A stretch of 43,543 nucleotides of DNA from Octopus sinensis (lineage: Eukaryota): the NCBI RefSeq assembly GCF_006345805.1, contig NW_021835008.1, positions 1 through 43,543 of the forward strand, in the 5' to 3' direction. Positions 23,520 through 34,456 of the stretch are shown here, piece after piece; within the stretch, counting starts at the first letter, position 1, and every line of letters begins with the position of its first letter. The translations under genes were made by a program, and so were the position numbers. The notes beneath the pieces are model-generated. The model was not told the DNA's origin and did no database searches. It worked only from the letters and a program-made list of their open reading frames with translations.

Positions 23520-24545
23520 CATGCGCGTGTTGGCACACATATTAAATTTTTTTTTTATTATGTGTCAATGTCTAAAGATATTACGTGGTACTTTTTATCT
23601 GATAAACATTTCTATTTTTCCACTAGCCTTCGTAACCGTGCTTCAGTCATCATTACTAATCTTCGCTGAAATGTTTTTTTTTTTTGTATTTTCCTTTCTT
23701 CATAATTAGGCAAATCTGTCCTTAAATCATTGTATATTTCACCCGGACTTTGCTCGATGGATACATACAGGATTCATGCAGAAGTTAACTTGGTACATCT
23801 CAATCCTATTCATACAATTTACCATAAAAGATAACATGAATGTGTGCGGGGGAAAGAAAAGTGCTGCCAATTGGTTTGAGAATTTAAGGTCAGAAAAACA
23901 TTTCAACAAGACCGTAAAATGTTGATCAAAGGAAAATATTCGATATTATTAGCAATGCTGAACATATTCAACACATTTTCTTTTCTTATTACACACATAA
24001 TTAAACAATAACATAAGAATTTTGGGAACTGTTTGGGTTCGATTATGTTTGAAAATAAATTTCCAAATTAACATAAGATATTTTAGATTTCTAATAAACA
24101 GAACTTACCGAAATTTATATAAAACAAATACATTGTATCCTCTCGAAATGTCTTGATTTTTTCTAAAACTTATCTCATAGTTTAACAATTCCTACCTCTT
24201 TATTTAACTTACCAATATATAGTTCAGCTAGCATTATTGTGCAGGATGCATCGATTCCCATTATATATTCTTTGGTCCGGTGAATACATTTTATGTGAAA
24301 CTCACTTTATAAATAATATTTTCAGCAGCAAATCTAAGTGAATATATCAATCTGCTAATAAATCTAAATTATGAATTAAGAAATTTGCTTCAGTGTATCC
24401 TAAATCAAATAAACATTTACTTGTTATAAGTCAAATACCAGTCATTATAAAGCAATCAAATTACTCTTAGTGAGCAGCCTCGGTTCTCTTCGTCTCACAC
24501 AAATCAAATCCTACCGAGTAAGGTGCATGTAGTCCTTCATATATA

Positions 24546-24770
24546 TATTTCTTTACTACCCACAAGGGGTTAAACATAGAGGGGACAAACAAGGACAGGC
24601 AAACGGATTAAGTGAATTACATCGACCCCAGTGCGTTACTGGTACTTAATTTATCGACCCCGAAAGGATGAAAGGCAAAGTCGACCTCGGCGGAATTTGA
24701 ACCTAGAACGTAACGACAGACGAAATACCGCTACGCATTTCGCCCATGACGCTAACGTTTCTGCCAGCTC
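24546..24770 (-). mobile_element. Octopus-type tRNA-derived SINE (family B)
   Basis: Reverse complement gagctggcagaaacgttagc...ggttcaaattccgccgaggtcgactttgcctttcatcctttcggggtcgataaattaagtaccag...gggtagtaaagaaata; relatives at 25703-25908, 25942-26133 and 28933-29045. Confidence 0.88.
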
Positions 24771-25702
24771 ATTATTGAAAAGCAAATGGAGTAGACGTGG
24801 TCGCAAGAATATTGATCATAGGTTTGCTAAACAACGACAACAACAACAGACGCAGCAATAACGGCAGCAGCAACGAACTATACAACAACCGGTATCTATC
24901 TTTTCTTTTCCCTGTTTCCAACACCTTTTTATGTTTATCTGTTATTTTTTTATTCATCTTTTTCGCTGTTTTTCCTCTTTTCTTTATGTTTGTTTCTTTT
25001 TCAACACTTCCTCGCTACCTTACCAGTGTAGTTTCCAATACATATTCAGTGCTCTTTCAGACTGCACTTTTGAAACACACTCACTCACGCTTTAAGATGC
25101 TTTCTCATATATTAACGTTTTTTTTTTCTTTTCTGTTTAAAATTCTAAAATTTTTAAAATAAATTTTAAAAATACATTCGAAATAATGAACAATCTCCTT
25201 GACCACTAAATTCTTCATACTTTTTTTACGATTTGTTCGATCTAAATGATGTATTACAGTATCCCTGTTTTCATTTATCATGGCTAACCAAACATTAACG
25301 AGAAAAACGGCATTTTCTATATTCATTGCTTGCAAGTCATTAAAATTTGGCAATTATGAAAACGAAGGTACACAGAAATACTGTAAACTATCAGACTCTT
25401 TTGGGTGTTTTTTTTCATTCAAATTTAATTTGCGCGGCTGCCAAACTCCACTTAATGAATCTTAAGAGCGTTTTTAACTTTATTAATACGGAGAGTGATT
25501 TCAAAACACGACAATTGTCTGATAAACTATTCTTCGTGTTGGCAGGCATAAACATAAACTGTTCACTGAAATTTCGGAAGGAAAATACATATGCAGAAAG
25601 CTGTAGCGGACTGGACTGAAGGTCTTATAGGTTTCCGTTTCGTTCATATATTGTATAAGTTCATATTTCACCGGATCAAAGAAACAATATCGACTAATTT
25701 CA

Positions 25703-25908
25703 ATTTCAAATTTTGGTACAAGGCCAGGAATGTTGGGGGGAAAAGATAAGTCGATTACATCAAGTCCAATACACAACTGGTACTTATTATATCAACACCG
25801 AAAGGATGAAAGACAATTCCACCTCAGCGAAATTTGAAATCAGAAAGAAGAGACAAACGAAATACGCTAAGCATTTTTTCCGGTGTCCAAACAATTCTGC
25901 CAGTTCCT
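25703..25908 (-). mobile_element. SINE family B, degenerate
   Basis: taagtcgattacatc...aactggtacttattatatcaacaccgaaaggatgaaagac. Confidence 0.8.
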
Positions 25909-25941
25909 TAATATATTGATTAATATTGGTGTCAAATTTTA

Positions 25942-26133
25942 AGGCGGCGAGGTTGCAGAATCGTTAGCAGACCAGCGAGATTTCGTCTGTCTTTTCGTTC
26001 TGAGTTTCAAAATTTCGCTGAGGTCGACTTTGCCTTTCTTCCTTTCGGTCTCGTTGAAATAAGTACCAGGTGAGTATTGGGGACAATGTAATCGACTTAC
26101 CCTTCCCCCCCCCCAAATTGCTGGCCTTGTGCC
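25942..26133 (+). mobile_element. SINE family B, degenerate
   Basis: aggcggcgaggttgcagaatcgttagca...gaggtcgactttgcctttc...aagtaccag...tgctggccttgtgcc. Confidence 0.82.
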
Positions 26134-28151
26134 TTCTCTACAATTAGTTTTCTAATCACGAGAGACAAAACCAAGTTATTAGTTTGATAGAAATATTGCT
26201 TCATTTTACAAACTGAATCCAATTTCCTTAGAAATTTCCTTTATCATCATCCTTCCAAATTCAAGATATCATATATCTGGAACACTTACAGCGCAACAAA
26301 AACATGTAGTAAAGTATTTTGAGTTGCAATCAAGGGTTTCTTGGTTCGATTCCACTCTGTAGCAGGTTACTTCTACCAAAGTCTTGGGTCGACTTTATGC
26401 TTTTGAGAGAAATTCAATCTACAGCACTGTATGGGAGCATCTCAAATGGAGTATGTTTATGGCATAGGTTATTTGCATAATCGGAAATATTTGTTATATG
26501 ATATTACTATGATCTCTTTCTTCAAAAGCATGTCACTGGCTAGTCTGACTTACCGCATCTTCCTTTAAATTAAGCAAATCATCAAATTTAAGATTATTTT
26601 CTACTTTCTTTTTTCTGTGTGCAAGGGTCGAAGTAGAACAAATGCTGTGCTGATAAAGACTGTTAATGTAGAAATACGTTTAGCAGGTATTCTCTTGTTA
26701 CCAAATTATTAAATGCCTCTTTCTTGATGGCATGGCAGCTTAAGAGGGTTTAATGCTAAAAGCATGAAATCATCTTCTCCCATTTGAATTTGTTCCCACT
26801 TGCCAAACAGTCGACTATTTTAATTTCTCTGGGAGCATAAATAATTTCAATGAATTAAGAACGCATGGTGTATGGTATATAATATAATACTATTTGTCTA
26901 TGCTTTACAAATATATGCCACTGGCTACTATGTGGTATTTCTCTTAGCTCATTTTCTTTCAAATATATAAGGCTTTCTTCTCAAAGGAACATACAATTGG
27001 TTATATTCTACTTTAATCCGTTTTATGGAAGATTTTTCATATCTCCTATTTCGTCTACTGTATTCAGTTTGGAAAGTAATATTCATAATTTCACTAATGC
27101 ATATTTATCCACTACTTCCCACTTCTGCTAGAAGCATTGAAAACGTTCATCGTCTTGCTCCACGGGATTTTCTTAGTTCTTCTTTGTATTAACTTTCTTT
27201 CATACTACCATTCCATAATACCTCTCCAAGAAACCGGAAATTCAAGATCTAGAGTTATTGCTTATCATAAACCACCAAATGTGTATACGAGGGCTTTCTC
27301 CTGGTCCTTCTGTTCTTCTTAGATATTTACTGCATTCAGATTTCTCGTTCCTGGTTGTTTATGATCGGTGTTGCAATTCTTACCCTGTAAGGTGTAGTAC
27401 GTCAGCAAGGATGTCTTTTAATCATAAGGTGACATGTATGCCGCAAAAACATGATACAGCAAAGCATGACTTCCGAGTCAATAACAGATTGTAATGCCAT
27501 TTCAGCCCTACCGCCTTATTCTAGAGAGGTTAGATGATCACATTTCATTTACACATCAGTGTAAGTCTGTTCTATGAAAAGCTTTATAAAACATGATAAC
27601 CATTTTGCAAATGTCAATATATTATGTGTATGTGTATTGAGGTTCTAGCACCTTCAGTTTCTCCATTACATTTCGTTGATCAAGCAATCTAAATGCATCA
27701 AGCTAAACCTGCATACACAAGATGAAAAGAGACCTTGGCGAACATTCATGAATAATAGTTATACCACAGCGTCTCCTTTAGCTGCACAGAAACGCTATTA
27801 ATGAACAATCAGGATAATTTTACCGCCCCCCCCCCCCCTACTAACTTCCCTTTAAGTATGAACAACATGCACTAGAAATCTCAGGATCACTTCTAATCTA
27901 GGTGTCGGTATAATAGTAAAGCTTTCCTGTCAGTCATACACCCTCAACATTGCGAAACTCCTTGAAAATGAGTGAATTATGTCTTCGGAGCCAGAAAATA
28001 CTTGAATCCTCAACAGCTACTAACACTCTACTAGCGTTCTATATATTTCAGGAACGACGCACATCTCGAAGTGTGTTGCTGGCAATCTCAAAGATGTCTT
28101 AGACAACATACAGGGGACGGCCACTCGACTGCTCAAAAAAATTAACTAATG

Positions 28152-28435
28152 AGTGGTAAGAATCTTGCTTTCCAACCACGTGGTTCCGGATTCATTCCCA
28201 TTCCGTGGCATCTGTGCAGTTCTCTTCTACTATAGCCTCGGGCCGACAAAGCCTTACCAGTGGATTTGGTAGACGGAAAATTAAAGAAGCCCGTTGTATT
28301 TGTGTGTGTGTCTTTTAATCTGTGCATCCGCCCCTCCCCAAACACACATACCGCTTGATAATCGATGCTGATACGTTTACGTCCCTGTAACTTAGCGATT
28401 CGTCAAAAGTCTAATCACTGAAACAAGTAGAATAA
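28152..28435 (+). mobile_element. SINE family A, degenerate
   Basis: gtggtaagaatcttgctttccaaccacgtggttccgg...tcttctactatagcctcgggccgac...gtggatttggtagacggaaa. Confidence 0.85.
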
Positions 28436-28932
28436 TACTTCAGATATAGGAGACGTTTTGTCTGCTATACCTTCAGTCATTGCAAGGCATCTGATATTTG
28501 AAGCTTGTTTCTCTCATGCTTTACCCATTCAAGTATGCACAACAAACTCCCATCATTTGGATTTACAAAAATGTATCCTTTACGCAGTTCAGATACTACA
28601 TGTTCATTAATCTCTCTTATACTATCTGTTCTCTGGAATTACGTGCGAGATCGTTTCTCTTCCAGACCCCGACATGCAGCTGTTCAAGTATAACATTAAT
28701 ATTATCATTACCGCGCGCCGCGACCGACCTCCTTCTCAAGATTAAAAAAAGGATATATGAAAAAATAATTTCAAATGCACGGAAAACACAGAAAGAATAT
28801 TAATAGAAATATTAAGCATTTTTAAAAGTAATTTCTGTATCAAATATAACCTTCTTTCAACACAAACTCTCGGATGCTGCAGAGATGTTGCGATTCCTTT
28901 TATACTACGGATATTTATAACACTGTGATACT

Positions 28933-29045
28933 GATTTCAAATTTGGCACAAGACAAGCAAATTCGGAGGAGTCGGGTAAGAACGAAAAGCAAAGTCAACC
29001 TCGGCAACATTTGAAATCAGAACGTGCACATGGACGAAATAACCC
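28933..29045 (-). mobile_element. SINE family B fragment
   Basis: gatttcaaatttggcacaag...gcaaagtcaacctcggcaacatttgaa. Confidence 0.65.
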
Positions 29046-29130
29046 AAACATTTGCATATGAAAGAAAATAAACCTCCAAATTTTTATCGTAAATTTTACT
29101 TTATCAATATTACACACAACAACACACACA

Positions 29131-29132
<2 letters not shown>

Positions 29133-29172
<40 letters not shown>

Positions 29173-29176
29173 AACA

Positions 29177-29231
<55 letters not shown>

Positions 29232-29256
29232 ATACTACTACTAATACTAATACTAC
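29133..29256. repeat. (CTA)n trinucleotide microsatellite
   Basis: Direct tandem repeat; source of the poly-L and poly-S ORFs. Confidence 0.95.
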
Positions 29257-29644
29257 CAAACATACGCGAGCACAAACTCAAATATATATGAAATTAAATA
29301 TTAAAATCATTTGTTTTCAAAACAGTATCGTTTAGAAAAAGCAAACACACACACACACACATATGTGTATACACACACACACACACACACGGCCTTAAAC
29401 TCGCACATATGCATACATACACACACGCACATATATACATATATATATATGAGTACGTGTGTGCGTGTGCGTGTGTGTGCATGTGTGTGTGTGTGTGTGT
29501 GTGTGTATGCGTGCGTGTGTGTGCGAGTGTGTAAAGTGAGAGAGACGGAAATAACATATGAAGAACAGATAAAATGTAAAGTGATTTTTATTAATCACTA
29601 TGATCCTTTTGACAATTCGTGAATCGGTCGTTTGCGGATGAGAT

Positions 29645-29698
29645 TCTCTACAACTGGTTGTGGTGCATTATTCGGCACAGTTGTGCCTCGTCAGGAGA
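29645..29698 (-). ncRNA. Hammerhead-like motif with insertion after GAA
   Basis: RNA UCUC-CUGACGA-GGCAC aacu GUGCC-GAA-[uaaugcacc]-ACAAC ca GUUGU-A-GAGA. Confidence 0.5.
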
Positions 29699-30125
29699 CA
29701 TTTCAAGAGGTGCCTCGCCCATTGATTCCAGTTTCGCTTATAATTCATTTCGCCATTTGCCTACAGCTTATAATATATACGTATATATTGTGCATATAGC
29801 TGCTGCATACACTCGTTAAGATGTCACGCATTGGTTGAAAGAATACTCATGAGTGTAAGAAAAAGTACACATATGTACACATTGCTCTGTATATGTATAT
29901 GTCTAAGTATGTATGCATATGAATGTCTATGTATGTGTTTATGTGTGTTTAGTGTGCGGTATGTTTGTATATAGCTTCGTGTTTAACGCTTTCTGCTAAA
30001 CGACATGTTCCGTCCCACTACGTGAAATTTTGAGTTCGTCCACCATACAGTGAAAATATTCTTGTTACCGGATATACATCAGGATAATACTACACTATGC
30101 GTAGAGTATGTGCATATATATATAC

Positions 30126-30168
<43 letters not shown>

Positions 30169-30208
30169 TATATATATATAATATATATATATAGGGAGAG
30201 TGAAAGAG

Positions 30209-30708
30209 AGATTAGTCGTATACTGTCAACTTAATGTGATAGTCCTATGAAGGGAATCACATCACTGCTATTTATCCCAAAGAAGCATCAAGGCTTCCTG
30301 TCGGCCTTGACACATTTCCTGTGTCCTTATTTTTACAAGGGGGTGATAAGCACCCCCATCCAGCTAAGCCTGCATCCAGAGACATGTTTCTGCATATTTG
30401 CTCGTCATCAGTCTGGAGTAGCATGGCCTACTTGTTGGAGATGCCTGTTTAGTCCTTGTAAATATATAAGAATTCTAGTGAAATAAATCCACCGATTACG
30501 AAAATAGAAATATTACATTTGTAAATATCTCGGAGATATAAGCAGTAGTGGTACGATAGAGTAGTTGTATACTGTCAACTTAATGTGACAGTCCCGTGAA
30601 GGGAATCACACCACTGCTATTTAGTCCTAGGAAGCATCAACGCTTCCTGTCGGCCTTGACACATTTCCTGTGTACTCATGTTTACAAGCTAAGCTTGCAT
30701 CCAGAGAC
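30209..30708 (-). mobile_element. Retrozyme-like element: ~1.5 tandem units around a canonical hammerhead
   Basis: 30209-30383 is directly repeated at 30558-30708 (offset 349, or 325 after a 24-nt indel); hammerhead at 30375-30417; 3' end near (TA)n. Confidence 0.8.
30375..30417 (-). ncRNA. Minimal type I hammerhead ribozyme, canonical core
   Basis: RNA UCCAGA-CUGAUGA-cga GCA aaua UGC a-GAAA-CAUG-UC-UCUGGA; perfect 6-bp stem I; palindromic stem III ACAUGU; GUC triplet. Confidence 0.8.
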
Positions 30709-30852
30709 GATTTTTGTAATTTTTTCAATACTTATACACATCCTGATAACCTCGGTATGTACATATCAAACTTGAGCGCAATCAGATGGGGGATGCCCGA
30801 GATCCTAGAAGACACACAGACAGACAGACAGAACGGATTTTATTAATATATA
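30709..30852 (-). mobile_element. Possible non-autonomous Helitron 5' segment
   Basis: Reverse complement tatatatattaataaaatccgttctgtctgtctgtctgtgtg...caagtttgatatg resembles the 5' ends of animal non-autonomous Helitrons; matching 3' end not found. Confidence 0.4.
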
Positions 30853-30938
30853 TAATTATTTTATTTATTAGGGAATAAAAATTCCAGCATCACACGGGAT
30901 TCAAATAAAATGAATTATTCTCGATAAGGAAATATATT

Positions 30939-31094
30939 TTATTTAGAGATACAGTCCCCATGCAATTCATCAAATCCTAACAGACACCACACCATATCAT
31001 AGAATTTTATCTTATACTTTAAAATGAAATTCTATGATATGGTGGTGTCTGTTAGGATTTGATGAATTGCATGGGAACATCTATCTCTAAATAA
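30939..31094. repeat. ~155-bp near-perfect palindrome
   Basis: ttatttagagata..cccatgcaattcatcaaatcctaacagacacca..ccatatcatagaattt mirrored after a ~13-nt spacer. Confidence 0.92.
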
Positions 31095-31132
31095 CAACAC
31101 ACACACACACACACACAACCACCACACACACA

Positions 31133-31165
<33 letters not shown>

Positions 31166-31279
31166 CACACACTATATATATATATATATATTATATACAT
31201 GCATATACATATATGTATACGTATATAATTGAATAAGATAGAATAAAAAAAGGTATACAGTTGAACAGTTATTTTTTAT

Positions 31280-31382
31280 TCACTACTTATGTTTCCATGC
31301 AACATAATTCTTCATATACACAGAATTTGATTAAGCAACAATTTACCTGCATAATGGGAACCAGTTATTTTTCTTCAGATGA
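31280..31382 (-). ncRNA. Type I hammerhead-like motif, expanded stem II
   Basis: RNA UCAU-CUGAAGA-[76 nt]-GAAA-CAUAAG-UA-GUGA. Confidence 0.6.
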
Positions 31383-31447
31383 TATTCAATTCACATGTGT
31401 TAGCATCGAAGTCGAGGGTTTTGTAATTAACGGTACAGCTACTGAAT

Positions 31448-31553
31448 ATCACCTGACGAAATACAAATAGATCCCATTATACAGGTAAACAGTTGCATAA
31501 TCAAATTCCTGTATATATGAAGAACTATGTTGTATGGAAACATGTGTAGTGAT
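31448..31553 (+). ncRNA. Type I hammerhead-like motif, expanded stem II
   Basis: RNA AUCAC-CUGACGA-aAUACAA...UUGUAUg (77 nt)-GAAA-CAUGUG-UA-GUGAU. Confidence 0.7.
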
Positions 31554-32241
31554 TAAAAAAATAACTGTGCAACCGTATTCCTCTTTGTTTACTGTTTCTT
31601 ATTCAATTTTATTTTCATACAGGACGAATAACGAAATCTAGACTCAGGAAGTATATCGTAATACTACCTGCTGTTCGGTATTTCTAAGGGTGAATCATCT
31701 CTATTCTATACTCTGCTACGTTTTTAACGGAATATACATCATATATATATATATATATTTACATATATATATATTTACATATATACACCGAAGGCTGTGT
31801 GATTTCATTGTTTTTCTTCTTTTTTTGCCATATTGTTGTCGGTGGAGACTTATTTTTGTAGTAAAAGGATATAGTAGTCTTTTGGCTGCTATTTCTAAAT
31901 TTTTCGGTATGTGCTTTAAGCAACTTGTTGCAAAACACCCATATTATTATAGTTATATATATATATATATATAAAGAGAGACAAACAACTACTTTTAAAT
32001 CACTGAGCAGGAAATATGAACTAACAGTACCACATATTAAAGTCTATTGCCAACACAACGTGACAGTCCTACGCAGTACAAATCTAGGTTTTCCTGCGGC
32101 TAAAAAGTAATAACATCGTTCCGCATTGGACTACCACGTTGCGTTGGTAATACGTTTTACTAGATACATACATATATACATACATACATATATGCATACA
32201 TACATACATACACACACACACACATATATATATATATATTC

Positions 32242-32291
<50 letters not shown>

Positions 32292-32312
32292 TAATTCTAT
32301 ATATATTACAGG

Positions 32313-32344
32313 TAGATAGAAGATAGATAGATAGATAGATAGAT

Positions 32345-32378
<34 letters not shown>

Positions 32379-32416
32379 GATAGATGATTGACAGATAGAT
32401 AGACAGACAGGCAGAT
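32313..32416. repeat. (GATA)n/(GACA)n microsatellite
   Basis: Direct tandem repeat. Confidence 0.95.
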
Positions 32417-32453
32417 AAAATAGAAAATGGATTGAATGTCATTCTTTATTTTA

Positions 32454-32559
32454 AATCACTACTATTGTTTCGATACATTTTTACACCAATATAATATAAT
32501 TGCTATCCTTTATGATATAATTTCTATCCTCTATTAAAGATGCATTTCTTCAGGTGATT
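32454..32559 (-). ncRNA. Type I hammerhead-like motif, expanded stem II
   Basis: RNA AAUCAC-CUGAAGA-aAUGCAU...AUGUAUc (75 nt)-GAAA-CAAUAG-UA-GUGAUU; perfect 6-bp stem I. Confidence 0.68.
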
Positions 32560-33848
32560 GCTTTACATAATCCCTTCGTTCGATCTAACGAGAACCATAC
32601 TATCATTTCACACAGTGTGAGAATGAAGTCACAAAACAACGTACTATGTTTAACAATTTCTTTAAAAATTTGCAGACAAAACATAACCCAGAGATATAGC
32701 GAGAGACAAGATACAATTGTAATCAAATGTACTGAAACAAAAAAGTTAAAAAAATAACACAGATAAAAATTTGTCGAGTTGACTATAAATTACAACTCTG
32801 TCTTTATCTGCAGATTATAGGAAATAAAAGTAAAAGTGAATAAAGATAAACGTTTAGAGATAATAATGTGATACATAGAGAATACTAGGGTGCACATATG
32901 GAAACGCTACTCTAAACGAACAAACTGAATAATGAATGGTTTTCCTGAAGAAAATTAAATTCGTTAAAATTTTACAACCGAACTACGATAAGCCTACGCA
33001 GACGTATAAGTGATTAGGAACCCATTTCACTAATGATTTGAAGGTTGAACAACAAACCACGAGAAGAGTACACATGCATATGAGTGGTTGGGGGAGCATG
33101 TATGAAGGGTCGTTGATATTCATGTTTTAAATAGGAAAGGATAATATTTTGCCCTATTTTTTTTTCTAAAAATATCATGGATCGACAGGATCGCTTGAGA
33201 AAATCAATTACCATATAATATAAAAGAGAAATATGTAAACATTAAATCAGAACAAGTGTAAGTAACATATAGAAAAACCACTCTAAATTACAAGGCATTC
33301 TGGTAGCTAAGGGAATTACCGCACTTCGTAAATACGATTAATTTTTTGATGAGAGAAAAATTTACTTTGACGTAGTTTAAAGAAAAATTAATTGTATGTA
33401 ATAATATCATTGGAACTATAATTTGTGCAAAAGCCAAACCGTTGTCCAGAAAAGAAATGGACTACATAGCGCCGTGAAGAATAATAAGTTTGCAAGTACA
33501 CATCATAAAATAGTATGAGAGTACCGCGTTGTTTTCAAACATTATTAAGAATAGCATCGATTCGCAGCACATTTTAAACTGTAATGAAATGGGGCTTTTG
33601 TGGGAAAATATTTTTCTTAGAAAATGTATCACAAAGGAAGAGTTCAGTACCACGTGACAAGCCGATGAAGTACCTGCTAATCTTACTTCTTTATACTAAT
33701 GCTTCAAATACACACTCAGCCAGATCCACATGTAAATCTAACTGACAGTATATAGTAACTTTTCAAACCACTGCGCATACGCAGATTATACCCGGCGACA
33801 GAGAGGATGCCGGTAAAAATTTTGAACAAATTTGAAATCGAAAGGCTG

Positions 33849-33917
33849 TCCCACTGATGAAACAGGCCTTCAGCAAATATTTTTTTGCTGGAAATAGCTA
33901 GAAACCATGGTCTGGGA
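33849..33917 (+). ncRNA. Type I hammerhead ribozyme, canonical core
   Basis: RNA UCCCA-CUGAUGA-[40 nt incl. CAGCAAA..UUUGCUG hairpin]-GAAA-CCAUGG-UC-UGGGA; palindromic stem III ACCAUGGU; GUC triplet. Confidence 0.78.
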
Positions 33918-34126
33918 AATAATTGAGATGATAAACGATTTTAATTTTCATTCCTTTCGATAATTTATCCATTTTTGTGGTTTTCAGTTTTCTACTGCTC
34001 TTTCTAGCACAAGGCTTTCCTCTTTGGAAGCATCTTATTGTATTTCTATGTGAATAATCTATAGTCTAATGACTAATTCGTTTTTGTGCTAGGTCACTGT
34101 TAATAATAATTTCTTATTACCTATTG

Positions 34127-34182
<56 letters not shown>

Positions 34183-34186
<4 letters not shown>

Positions 34187-34391
34187 AATGTGGCCTCGTG
34201 TGTACCGTTGGCGATTTTTTTTCATCTGTCTTCCCTTCTCTGGATCTTCTTCTCCTATGTTTCCGACGAAGAGCTCCGCTCGAAACGTTAAACCCTCCTT
34301 CTTTCCTTCTTTCCTGAGCGTCCAATAATACTATATTTGTTCTACGTCCTCGCGTTGTTGTGTTTTTTTTTGTTCTTTCTTGTTGGATTAA

Positions 34392-34395
<4 letters not shown>
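34183..34395 (+). mobile_element. Short non-coding repeat in (TA)n with hammerhead motif at 34259-34293
   Basis: RNA GUUU-CCGACGA-A-GAGC ucc GCUC-GAAA-CG-UU-AAAC; (TA)n on both sides. Confidence 0.78.
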
Positions 34396-34440
<45 letters not shown>

Positions 34441-34456
34441 GTATGTATATGTATAA

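Larger units (their letters stand above)
31227..31608. mobile_element. Head-to-head inverted pair of hammerhead-bearing repeats
   Basis: 31227-31390 and 31443-31608 are diverged reverse complements; each contains a hammerhead motif (31280-31382 minus; 31448-31553 plus). Confidence 0.85.

Noticed and set aside
26500-28130. Possible ancient L1/Tx1-like RT on the minus strand (VRQG..LFILCM trace near 27700-27750)
   Set aside because: Only a few residues match; needs a BLASTx or HMM search.
30209-30708. CRISPR array or LTR pair
   Set aside because: Eukaryotic context, only two long repeats, no TG...CA ends or primer-binding site; better explained as an HHR-containing tandem.
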